Shown: positions 16,259 through 25,046 of the stretch, in pieces
How the letters are laid out: the number at the start of each line of letters is the position of its first letter
Numbering within the stretch: the first letter of the stretch is position 1
NCBI GenBank assembly: GCA_031273365.1
Contig: JAISSA010000252.1
Span: 1-32,217, forward strand
DNA from: Synergistaceae bacterium
GTDB lineage: Bacteria > Synergistota > Synergistia > Synergistales > Aminobacteriaceae
DNA: 32,217 nt
Reading direction: 5' to 3'
Program-made: the position numbers and the translations under genes
The notes under the pieces: model-generated
Told to the model about the DNA's origin: nothing
What the model saw: only the letters and a program-made list of their open reading frames with translations
Databases searched by the model: none

Positions 16259-16609
16259 TTGGAGAAAATTTATGTAAGGACAATCTCCCCGGACCTTTCC
16301 CACAATAAGGACGAAAAAGGCGGAGTGGGCGATTTTGGCAGCCGGAGAATTCTGCATCAGCTGGAGCGTCGGTATCTTTCGCCGGAGGCGCAGGCTGTGG
16401 CGTATTGTCTCCTCAGCTCCAGGACCGTGCCGCTCGATGTGACGGAGAACACGATACAACAGGCCGTCGCGCTTGGAAGCATGGGCGAAATCGCCATTGA
16501 CGCGTCGACCTTCGAGGCCCTGCTCGAAGCGGTGACTCTGAATCCTGCCTTCAGAATTCCCTGTTCGGTAACGACGAACCTGATTTCGTCCAACCCCTGG
16601 CTCTGCTGA
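16259..16609 (+). CDS. Hypothetical protein (116 aa), coupled to topA
   Basis: TTG start after AGGAAG. The stop TGA at 16607-16609 lies 2 nt before the topA ATG. Third-position G/C bias looks coding. I recognise no family. Confidence 0.4.
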   Translation: MEKIYVRTISPDLSHNKDEKGGVGDFGSRRILHQLERRYLSPEAQAVAYCLLSSRTVPLDVTENTIQQAVALGSMGEIAIDASTFEALLEAVTLNPAFRIPCSVTTNLISSNPWLC

Positions 16610-16611
16610 CG

Positions 16612-19083
16612 ATGGCGCCCCGTAAAAATTCGCCCCTTCCGGAGGCGGAGCCGGCGGAGGAAAAGAGAAAAAAAACGACCCCGCCGACGAAATCGTCCTC
16701 GAAGGCAGCGACGAAAGCGAAGACTTCGAAAGTAAAAACTTCGAAGGTAAAAACTTCGAAGACAAAAGCTTCAGATGCGAAAGCTTCAAATGCGAAAGCT
16801 TCAGGCACAAAAGCTTCAAGTGCAAAAGTTGCAAATGCAAAAGCTTCAGGCACAAAAGCTTCGAAGACAAAAACCGCAGAAGCGCAAAGCTCCGAAACGA
16901 AAAAGAACACGGCGACGAAGACGACGGAGAAGCCGGCCCGGGCCGCGACAGGCAGGGCGCGCGGCAGAGTTTCCGGCGCCGCGGCCGCCAATAAAACGCT
17001 CGTCATCGTGGAATCGCCTTCCAAGGCGAAGACCCTGTCCAAAATTCTGGGGCCGGACTACGTCATCAAGTCGAGCGTGGGGCACATTCGAGACCTTCCC
17101 CGCAGCCGCATGGCAGTCGACATCGAGCATGACTTCGCGCCGGAGTATATCCTCGTGAAGGGCAAGGCCGACATCAAAAACGAGCTGGCCGCGCTGTCGC
17201 AGAACGCGAAGGCCGTCCTGCTGGCGTCGGACCCCGACCGGGAGGGGGAGGCCATCGCGTGGCACCTGGCGGAGCTGCTGAACGTGCCGCTCGACGAAAA
17301 ATGCCGCGTCCGTTTTTACGAAATCACCGCGAACGCCGTCCGCGAGGCGGTAAAGAACCCCGACGTCATCGACCTGCACAGAGTGGACGCCCAGCAGGCG
17401 CGGCGCATTCTGGACCGCCTCGTCGGCTACACGCTCTCCCCTCTGCTCTGGAACAAGATACGTTACGGGCTTTCGGCCGGTCGCGTCCAGTCGGTGGCGC
17501 TCGACCTGATATGCGAGCGCGATCGCGAGATCGAGCGCTTCGTTCCCGACGAGTACTGGAACATCACGGTGAAGGCGACGGCCCCGGACGGCCGGAACTA
17601 CGAGATGAGGGTCGACCGGATGGACGGCAAAAGGCTCTGGAAAAACGGCCTTCCGCTCCTGATTCATGACGAGGCGACCGCTGACGGGATATTGGCGGAG
17701 GTGCGGGAGAACCCTGTCGTCGTCTCGGAGTTTCGCCTGCGCGAAAGCCGGCGCAAACCGCAGCCCCCCTTCAAAACCAGCAGTATGCAGCAGGAGGCCG
17801 CACGCCGTGCGGGGTTGTCGCCCCGTCGCGCCATGCGCGTGGCTCAGGATCTGTACGAGGGGATCGACCTCCCCGGACGCGGGCAGACCGGCATGATCAC
17901 CTACATGAGGACCGACAGCCTGAGGCTGGCGACGGAAGCCGTCGATGCCTGCCGCGACTATATTTCTTCCATGCATGGTTCCCGTTATCTCCCGGAAAAA
18001 GCCAACGTTTACACGCCGTCGGGACGCAGCCAGGACGCGCACGAGGCCATTCGCCCCACGGACGTCACGCTGACGCCCGATTCGGTGAAGAACGCCCTTT
18101 CGCCGGAGCAGTTTCGGCTTTACGACCTGATCTGGCGGCGTTACGTGGCCTCGCAGATGACCGACGCCGTGGTCGCCAACTCCACGCTGCTGGCCGAGGC
18201 GGGACGCGCGGGCATGCGCCAGCTCGGCGAGAGCCTGATCTTCGACGGCTGGAGCGCCATATGGCCCCTTGACCTGCGGGGCGAGCTTCTGGAAAAGGCG
18301 GAGGAGGGCGAACATCTGACCCTCGTGTCCGCCGAAAAGGAACAGAAATTTACGCGTCCGCCCGCGCGGTACTCCGAGGCGACGCTGATCAAAACGCTGG
18401 AGGAGAACGGCGTCGGACGCCCTTCCACCTACGCCACCATCGTGGATACTCTGTACGACCGGGGGTACGTCGAGAAGAGCGACGACAGACGCCTCACGCC
18501 GACCGCACTGGGGATGACCGTGGACGAATTTCTGAAGAAGCACTTCGACAGAGAGAACGTCGCCTCCATTGTGAACGCGGCCTTTACCGCGGAAATGGAG
18601 CAGGAACTGGACGGAATCGAGGAGGCCCGGCGCGCGTGGCTGGACGTGGTGAAGGCCTTCTGGAAGGATTTTTCGCAGACCGTCGAACTCGCGAAGGACG
18701 CGGAAAAAGTGCCTCTGCCCGAGCCGGAACCCATCGGCGAAGACTGCCCGGAGTGCGGGAAGGCGCTGGTCAGGAAACGCGGACGTTTTGGGGAATTCAT
18801 TGCCTGCAGCGGATATCCGGAATGCCGATACACTCGCGCGATTCTGGCCCTCGTGGGCGTGAAGTGTCCGAAATGCGGCTCCGGCGACATCGTGAAGCGG
18901 CGCAGCAAAAAGGGGAAAACCTTTTTTGGCTGTTCGCGTTACCCGGACTGCGACTACATCTCCTGGCACCGTCCGACGGGGGAAAAGTGCCCGAGCTGCG
19001 GAGTCGCCCTCGTCAAAAAGGGCAGCGCGACGCTTTGTCCGGAGTGTGGATACAAATTGTCCGATGAGTCCGCTGATTCCTGA
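16612..19083 (+). CDS. topA: DNA topoisomerase I with N-terminal Lys-rich repeat extension and three C-terminal zinc ribbons
   Basis: Toprim region LVIVESPSKAKT, DPDREGEAIAWH, and an active-site region with a YMRTDS-type block. C-terminal CPECG..CSGYPEC, CPKCG..CSRYPDC and CPSCG..CPECG. Residues 1-127 are K/A/S/T-rich. Confidence 0.95.
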   Translation: MAPRKNSPLPEAEPAEEKRKKTTPPTKSSSKAATKAKTSKVKTSKVKTSKTKASDAKASNAKASGTKASSAKVANAKASGTKASKTKTAEAQSSETKKNTATKTTEKPARAATGRARGRVSGAAAANKTLVIVESPSKAKTLSKILGPDYVIKSSVGHIRDLPRSRMAVDIEHDFAPEYILVKGKADIKNELAALSQNAKAVLLASDPDREGEAIAWHLAELLNVPLDEKCRVRFYEITANAVREAVKNPDVIDLHRVDAQQARRILDRLVGYTLSPLLWNKIRYGLSAGRVQSVALDLICERDREIERFVPDEYWNITVKATAPDGRNYEMRVDRMDGKRLWKNGLPLLIHDEATADGILAEVRENPVVVSEFRLRESRRKPQPPFKTSSMQQEAARRAGLSPRRAMRVAQDLYEGIDLPGRGQTGMITYMRTDSLRLATEAVDACRDYISSMHGSRYLPEKANVYTPSGRSQDAHEAIRPTDVTLTPDSVKNALSPEQFRLYDLIWRRYVASQMTDAVVANSTLLAEAGRAGMRQLGESLIFDGWSAIWPLDLRGELLEKAEEGEHLTLVSAEKEQKFTRPPARYSEATLIKTLEENGVGRPSTYATIVDTLYDRGYVEKSDDRRLTPTALGMTVDEFLKKHFDRENVASIVNAAFTAEMEQELDGIEEARRAWLDVVKAFWKDFSQTVELAKDAEKVPLPEPEPIGEDCPECGKALVRKRGRFGEFIACSGYPECRYTRAILALVGVKCPKCGSGDIVKRRSKKGKTFFGCSRYPDCDYISWHRPTGEKCPSCGVALVKKGSATLCPECGYKLSDESADS

Positions 19084-20470
19084 GGCGTCTGCGCTGAAAG
19101 CCGCCGGGGCGGACGTTGTCGTCGTCGGAGGCGGCCTTGCCGGCAGCGAGGCCGCGTGGCAGCTGGCGAAGAGGAACTTTCGCGTTCGGCTGATCGAGAT
19201 GCGCCCCTTCGTTCAGACGCCGGTCCACAGCACCGCGCAGCTTGCCGAGATCGTGTGCAGCAACTCCTTCGGCGGAGAGGGAGAGGAAAGCGCCGCGGGG
19301 ATCCTGAAGGCGGAGCTTTCGAGGGCGGGATCCCTGATTTTGGACTGTGCACACGTTTCCCGCGTCCCCGCCGGGGGAGCGCTCGCTGTGGACCGCGACC
19401 GCTTTTCCGAGCTTGTCAGCGCCCACCTGGAGTCGCATCCCAACATCGAAATTCTGCGCGAAGAAGCGACCGACCCCGGGGCTTTTGCGGTTGCGGCTAG
19501 GGCGACGATCCTGGCGACAGGGCCGTTGACCTCCTCCGTCATGGCGAAAAACCTTCAGGCCCTGATCGGCGAGGACTGTCTGTTTTTTTTCGACGCCGTC
19601 GCTCCCATAGTGACGCGCGAGTCCGTCGACATGGAGAAGGCGTGGGCGGCGGGACGTTACGGGCGCGGCAGCGATTACGTCAACTGTCCGCTGAGCAGGG
19701 TGGAATACCTGGCCTTTTACGAGGCGCTGCTCTCCGCGGAGCGAGCCCTGCCGCACCGTTTCGAGGAGGGCGCTTACTTCGAGGGCTGTATGCCCGTCGA
19801 GGCGCTGGCGGCGCGGGGCGTGGACACGCTGCGTTTCGGCCCGATGAAGCCCGTGGGGCTTCCCAATCCAAAAGACGGCCGGGAGCCCTGGGCCGTCGTT
19901 CAGTTGAGGCAGGACAACCGGGAAGGGACGCTCCTCAACCTGGTGGGTTTCCAGACGGGGCTGAAGTGGGGCGAACAGTCCCGGCTGATCTCGATGATTC
20001 CGGGGCTGGAGAACGCCGACGTCGTTCGCTTTGGAGTGATGCACCGCAACATTTACGTCAACGCCCCCGCCGTGCTGGATGCGCACCTGCGCGTGAAGCG
20101 GTTCGCCGATGGATCGGGCGAGCCTGGCCCTGGATCTGGACCCGAAAATCGGAATCTGTTCCTTGCCGGACAGATCACGGGCGTCGAGGGCTACATGGAG
20201 AGCACCGCCATGGGGCTGGTCGCGGCCATCAACGCGGCGAGCCTGCTGCGGGGCGGAGCGCTTCCGGTCTGGCCGCGCGAGACCGCCATGGGCTCGCTTC
20301 TCCATTATCTGCAGGACGCCGGAACGAAGACCTTCCAGCCGATGAACATGAACCTCGGAATCTTTCCCCCCCTGCCCGAAAGAGTAAAGGACAAAAAACA
20401 ACGGGCGCGCATGATCCATGATCGTGCGCTGAGCGCGGCGGATAAATTCTGGACCGCGGTGCAGTCGTAA
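19064..20470 (+). CDS. trmFO: Methylenetetrahydrofolate--tRNA-(uracil-5-)-methyltransferase TrmFO
   Basis: Contains VVVVGGGLAGSEAAWQLA, VCSNS, VPAGGALAVDR, FEGCMPVE, VVQLRQDN, GFQT.LKW and AGQITGVEGY. The ATG at 19064 overlaps topA by 20 nt. The track ORF starts earlier, at 18926. Confidence 0.9.
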   Translation: MSPLIPEASALKAAGADVVVVGGGLAGSEAAWQLAKRNFRVRLIEMRPFVQTPVHSTAQLAEIVCSNSFGGEGEESAAGILKAELSRAGSLILDCAHVSRVPAGGALAVDRDRFSELVSAHLESHPNIEILREEATDPGAFAVAARATILATGPLTSSVMAKNLQALIGEDCLFFFDAVAPIVTRESVDMEKAWAAGRYGRGSDYVNCPLSRVEYLAFYEALLSAERALPHRFEEGAYFEGCMPVEALAARGVDTLRFGPMKPVGLPNPKDGREPWAVVQLRQDNREGTLLNLVGFQTGLKWGEQSRLISMIPGLENADVVRFGVMHRNIYVNAPAVLDAHLRVKRFADGSGEPGPGSGPENRNLFLAGQITGVEGYMESTAMGLVAAINAASLLRGGALPVWPRETAMGSLLHYLQDAGTKTFQPMNMNLGIFPPLPERVKDKKQRARMIHDRALSAADKFWTAVQS

Positions 20471-20582
20471 AAGCTCAGGATAACCGTTCAGTCTCAGAGG
20501 GTGTGTATAATACCGGGAATTCAGGATGAAAGCTCATGGCAGAAAAGTATGGTGCAGAGAAGTTATGGTGCAGACGAGTCAT

Positions 20583-20626
20583 GGTATGGAAGAACGACCT
20601 GCACGCAGGGCAGGCTCTTCCATACC
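20583..20626 (+). terminator. Long hairpin downstream of trmFO
   Basis: Perfect 11-bp arms GGTATGGAAGA (20583-20593) / TCTTCCATACC (20616-20626) with an inner CCTGC..GCAGG pairing, followed by GGTTTATAT. Lies between convergent trmFO and the RmlA-like gene. Confidence 0.45.
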
Positions 20627-20683
20627 GGTTTATATCGGCTCTTCCATTTAACTTCTTAACTTCGACACCGGCGGCTCCTGTTT

Positions 20684-21562
20684 CTATATTACCGTCTGCA
20701 TGAGATTTTTCAGGTACCTGGCGTACTCGGCGCCGGCCAGTCGGGAGATGCATTCGTTCATCTCCTCCACTCCAATCCATCCCTGCTGCCAGGCGATTTC
20801 CTCCGGACAACCCGCCATCAGTCCCTGTTGTTTTTGAATCCCTTCGATGTAAGCGCCGGCCTCCAGCAGCGCCTCGGGGGTGTCCGTGTTCAGCCGGGCC
20901 AGGCCGCGCCCGAAGCTCTCCGCACTCAGGAGATCCCGTTCGAGGTACAGGCGAAGCAGGTCGACGATCTCCAGGTCTCCCCGCGGGGAAGGGGATAAAA
21001 ATTTTACCTTCTCCGTGACGGTTTTGTCAAAAAAGTAAAGCTCCATGATGGCGAAATGCGACGTGGCCCGTATCGATTTTTCCTCGAGGCCCCGTACCCT
21101 CCCGTCCGTGTCGAATTCCACGACGTCGTAGCGTTCCGGCCTGCTGACCCAGCGGGTGAAAATCGTCGCTCCCCACTCTCGCTGCGATACGATTTGCAGC
21201 ATCTCGCTCAGGTTCGCGCCATAGAAGATACTGTCCCCGGAAATCAGCGTGCAGGCGTCGCCCGCGAGAAAGTCTCCGCCCAGTATGAGCGCCCCGGGCA
21301 GTCCGCCGGGCGTCGGCTGAACGCAATACTCGAGGCGCAGCCCCCACCGTGAACCGTCCCCCAGGAGACGCCGGCAGACGTCGATGTCCTGCGGGGCGGA
21401 GATCAGTAAAATGTCTCGAATCCCCGCCAGCATGAGAGTCGTCAGAGGGTAATAGATCATCGGTTTGTCGTAGACCGGCAAAAACTGTTTGCCGACGCCC
21501 AGCGTCAATGGATAAAGGCAGGCGCCCGATTCAACCGTTAAAATGATTCCCTTGCGCACCAT
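20684..21562 (-). CDS. RmlA (glucose-1-phosphate thymidylyltransferase) homologue with degenerate catalytic motifs
   Basis: Colinear over its full length with RfbA/RmlA (KQFLPVYDKPMIYYPLTTLMLAGIRDILLIS, PERYDVVEFD, GDLEIVD, GCPEEIAW). However, GGSGTRL reads VESGACL and WLDTGT reads RLNTDT. SD sequence GGAGGA upstream. Confidence 0.8.
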   Translation of the reverse strand: MVRKGIILTVESGACLYPLTLGVGKQFLPVYDKPMIYYPLTTLMLAGIRDILLISAPQDIDVCRRLLGDGSRWGLRLEYCVQPTPGGLPGALILGGDFLAGDACTLISGDSIFYGANLSEMLQIVSQREWGATIFTRWVSRPERYDVVEFDTDGRVRGLEEKSIRATSHFAIMELYFFDKTVTEKVKFLSPSPRGDLEIVDLLRLYLERDLLSAESFGRGLARLNTDTPEALLEAGAYIEGIQKQQGLMAGCPEEIAWQQGWIGVEEMNECISRLAGAEYARYLKNLMQTVI

Positions 21563-21677
21563 GGTATCCTCCCTGTTCCGTCGCTCCGGATGATTCGTTT
21601 CTTCGGAGGCGTAAGATGTCAGGAGTATCGCATATAAAATGCGGAATTTCCAGATTCCCGTGTCCGTATTGACCTGC

Positions 21678-21703
21678 GGAGGGGATGCCTCTCCCTTATT
21701 TTT
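21678..21703 (+). terminator. Orphan intrinsic-terminator-like hairpin plus T-run
   Basis: GGAGGGG-ATG-CCTCTCC (7-bp stem with one G-U pair) followed by CTTATTTTT. No + strand gene lies upstream, because the neighbouring gene is divergent. Confidence 0.35.
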
Positions 21704-21827
21704 CCAAGTTACGTTATTATATGCAGGGCATTCGGTAAACGATAAGCAGGCGGCCGGTGACTGTACGGAAATTGTAAGCGTTCAAACCCCGCATCGCCCA
21801 CCCAGGCAAAAGCTGGCGGAATACTTC

Positions 21828-21890
21828 AGGGGTTCCAGGGGGGCCAGTGAGACGAACGTAGTGAGCGAACGGGCCCTGCCCCCCTGGGCT
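21828..21890. repeat. Solo copy of family B hairpin repeat
   Basis: AGGGGTTCCAGGGGGGCCAGTGAG..GGGCCCTGCCCCCCTGGGC. The stem is CCAGGGGGGC (21835-21844) / GCCCCCCTGG (21878-21887). The first 24 nt are identical to the third unit of the 14730-14940 array. Confidence 0.6.
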
Positions 21891-21972
21891 TGAATGTTTA
21901 CCGGAAGATAATGTACAGGTTGTGCCGACGGCCGATTTTTTCGTATTTTATGTGTGGAGGTAGAAAGGACTT

Positions 21973-23065
21973 ATGATACAGGCAAATGTTTCCATATTGG
22001 AAGAACTGCGGTCCCTGAAACAGGAACTGCAGGACAGTCTTTGACCTGCCTGCGCTGAAGACGCGGGCTTTGGAGCTCGAGGCCGCCACGATGGCCGCCG
22101 ATTTCTGGTCGCAGGAGGGCAGTCAGGATTTTCTGAGAGAACTGTCCGGCATCACGGGGCGCCTCGATGACTGGGAACGGGTATGCAAAGAGATGGAAGA
22201 ACTGGACGTCCTCGATGAGATGCTGCGCGAGGACGGCGACGTCGAACTGCAAAAGGAGTTCGAGACGCGCGCGAACGAACTGCGGCGCGCTCTGAACCGG
22301 AATCAGCTTCGAATTCTTCTGAACGAGGAATACGACGCCGCGAACGCGATTCTGACGGTGCACGCCGGGTCAGGGGGCCTGGATTCTCAGGACTGGGCGG
22401 AGATGCTGCTTCGCATGTACCTGCGCTGGGCCGAGCGCGACGGATTCAAAACAACGGCGATCGAGGCGTCCTCCGACGAGGAGGCCGGAATCAAGAGCGC
22501 AACGATACTTGTCGAAGGCGACTACGCCTACGGATACCTGAAATCCGAAAAGGGAGTCCACCGTCTGGTGCGTATTTCTCCGTTCGACTCGGCGCACCGG
22601 CGTCACACCAGTTTTGCCTCGGTGGGGGTTTCCCCCGAACTTCCCGAAAGCGTGGAGGTGGCAATACGACCCGAGGACCTGCGCGTCGATACCTTTCGCG
22701 CCAGTGGAGCGGGTGGGCAGTACGTCAACCGGACGGACTCCGCGGTGCGCATCACGCACATTCCCACGGGAATTGTGGTAAGCTGTCAGAATGAACGGTC
22801 GCAGCACATGAACCGTCAGGTCTCCATGCAGGTTCTGAAGAGCAAACTCTACGAGCGCGCGATGCAGGAGCGCAGCGAAGAACTGGCGGCCGTCGTCGGC
22901 GACAAGAAAGAGAGCACATGGGGAAGCCAGATTCGTTCCTACGTTCTGCATCCTTACACTCTGGTCAAAGATCATCGCACGGGAACGGAAAAAGGCAACG
23001 TTCAGGCCATCCTCGACGGCGACATTGACGGGTTTATAATGGCTTACCTTCGCTGGCGCAGGTAG
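21973..23065 (+). CDS. prfB: Peptide chain release factor 2, expressed via programmed +1 frameshift
   Basis: Frame 0 reads MIQANVSILEELRSLKQELQDSL and ends at CTT TGA C (22039-22045). The +1 frame continues DLPALKTRALELEAA... into the track ORF 22070..23065, which carries SPF (SPFDS) and GGQ (SGAGGQ). Confidence 0.9.
22039..22045 (+). other. RF2 autoregulatory +1 frameshift site CTT TGA C
   Basis: Canonical CUU-UGA-C slippery/stop context. A weak SD-like AGGA lies 4 nt upstream. Confidence 0.85.
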
Positions 23066-23270
23066 CGCAGACCCTGCTCGATGACTGGTAAACGTTCAGG
23101 CCCGGTGGGCAGAGGAGCGTGTCCCCCCCTGGAATCCCTGAAGCATTTCGCCGGCTTTTGTCAGGATGGGCGATGTGGGGCTTGAACGCTTACGATCGTT
23201 GTTCGCCCATCGCGCGACGGTCTGCGAAACGGGCCGTCGCCGGAATACGGGCAGATTTGGAGTTGTGGAC

Positions 23271-25046
23271 TTGAGAGTTATTCTGAGAATTTCAAACCTG
23301 AAAATTTTGAACTGGAAAGGGCCACTGGCACGATTTGCGCTCATCGTTCTCTTAACCGGGTTTTTGTGTGTTCCAGCTTCATTTGCCGCTGCCTTCGTCC
23401 CGGAAGAGCCCGTCATGCCGATAAATCGTCTGCGCCCGGGGATGCGGGGTTATACGCTGACGGTTCTGAAGGGAATGAAGCCGGCCCGTCTGCCGATCGA
23501 GGTCGTGAGCGTCATTCCCCGCAATGGTTCGATAAAAAATGCGGTTCTGATCCGTATGCTGCCGTCGTCCGAAAACACGGGCGCCGGCTTCGCGCAGGGC
23601 ATGAGCGGCTCTCCCGTCTACCTCGACGGGAAGCTGGTCGGGGCGATCGGGATGGGCTGGAACTTCAGCGACCATAAAACGGCTCTCGTGACGCCGATCG
23701 GAGAGATGTGCGAGGTGTTTTCCCGTCCGGACAAACCGGTGACGCTGAAAGGCCCCGACGGAGGCATTACCGGGCTTTCTCGAAAATCCCCGCCCCTGAT
23801 GGTGGGGGGGTTGAGTAAACGAACCGTGTCGAGGCTCGGAAAAACGATAGGCATCCCCGTGGAATCGGTCCCCTGGGGGGCTGCGGGCGATCTTCCGGTC
23901 GAGGGCGGAAGGTTTTCGCCGGGCGACGCGATCGAGGTGCTTCTGGCCTGGGGCGACGTCGAAATGGCGGCGGCGGGAACGGTGACGGCGACGTCCGGCG
24001 ACGGTCGTTTTCTGGCCTTCGGACATGCCTTCATGGGACGGGGCGCGGTGAACTTCCCCGTCGCGCGCGCGCGCATCCACGATACCGTCTCCAGTCAGCT
24101 CTCCCCCTTCAAGCTGGCGTCTCCGACGGCTCTGGTTGGAACGGCCACACAGGACAGAGAAGCGGGTGTGGGCGGGCGTATGGGCTATTTTACGCCCGCC
24201 ATCGCCGCGACTTTGAAGTTCCGCGACATGGACGCGGGCGGTGGGACGCAGTCCGTGAAGAACTTTCGGCTGGCGCCGGACGAAGCCCTTGGCGCCAGGC
24301 TGCTCGAGGCGATTTACGGCGGGCTTGTGGACGACCAGTGGGGGCGAAAGGGACAGGGCACCGCGATGGTGACCCTGCGGGTGGAGGGGCGGGGTCTGCC
24401 GGACGGCTGGACGCGGACGAACGTATTTTTCTCGGACGACGACGTCAGCAGCGTCGCTCTCAGGGAATCCGCCGCGATCATGGACGTGTTTCTGCGACAG
24501 CCGTTTGTGGAGGTCTACCCTCTGGGATTTATGCTCGACGTCTCCGCGACGCAGGAGCCGAAGCTGCTGATGATCGAGGACGTCGTCGTCTCGTCGAACG
24601 CGAAGCCCGGCGAGACCCTGAACGTCGAGGTGACGCTGCGCCCATGGCGGCGCGCTCCCATAAAAAGGTACTTCAAAATCACCGTCCCCAAAGACGTCAC
24701 GGGAGTTTGCGAGCTGATCGTCCGAGGCGGGGGAACGAACCCCCTCGTTCAGCTTGCCATAGACGGCGGGTGGAAAACCATAGACGGCTTCGACCGGCTG
24801 CTGACGGAACTCTCCGCCGTGGACGCCAACAACGAGCTGATCATCGAACTGCTTCACGATTCGATGAAAAACAGGACCCCTCAGGACGGAAAAAAATTTG
24901 TCGCGGAACTGATTCCCGAGGAAAAGGAATTTCTCAGCGAGACGAAAACGAGACGGATCAGGGAAGGGACCCTGCGCATTTCCCGTTCGGAATACGTGGT
25001 GGATGGCCTGATGAAGCGCCTGATCAACGTCGGCGACGAAGAATGA
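23271..25046 (+). CDS. Secreted SpoIVB-type peptidase S55 domain protein with a large uncharacterised C-terminal region
   Basis: Signal peptide ARFALIVLLTGFLCVPASFAAA. N-terminal domain: MRGYTLTVLKG..PIEVVSVIP...GFAQGMSGSPVYLDGKLVGAIGMGW..TPIGEM. The start is uncertain: TTG at 23271, 8 nt after GGAG, GTG at 23265, or the track start at 23166. Confidence 0.6.
   Translation: MRVILRISNLKILNWKGPLARFALIVLLTGFLCVPASFAAAFVPEEPVMPINRLRPGMRGYTLTVLKGMKPARLPIEVVSVIPRNGSIKNAVLIRMLPSSENTGAGFAQGMSGSPVYLDGKLVGAIGMGWNFSDHKTALVTPIGEMCEVFSRPDKPVTLKGPDGGITGLSRKSPPLMVGGLSKRTVSRLGKTIGIPVESVPWGAAGDLPVEGGRFSPGDAIEVLLAWGDVEMAAAGTVTATSGDGRFLAFGHAFMGRGAVNFPVARARIHDTVSSQLSPFKLASPTALVGTATQDREAGVGGRMGYFTPAIAATLKFRDMDAGGGTQSVKNFRLAPDEALGARLLEAIYGGLVDDQWGRKGQGTAMVTLRVEGRGLPDGWTRTNVFFSDDDVSSVALRESAAIMDVFLRQPFVEVYPLGFMLDVSATQEPKLLMIEDVVVSSNAKPGETLNVEVTLRPWRRAPIKRYFKITVPKDVTGVCELIVRGGGTNPLVQLAIDGGWKTIDGFDRLLTELSAVDANNELIIELLHDSMKNRTPQDGKKFVAELIPEEKEFLSETKTRRIREGTLRISRSEYVVDGLMKRLINVGDEE

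Noticed and set aside
20475-20810. 111-aa minus-strand ORF overlapping the 3' end of the RmlA-like gene, and the 84-aa ORF at 21639..21893.
   Set aside because: The first overlaps a supported CDS in another frame and runs through the trmFO terminator hairpin. The second runs through the orphan terminator and a family B repeat. Neither resembles any family.
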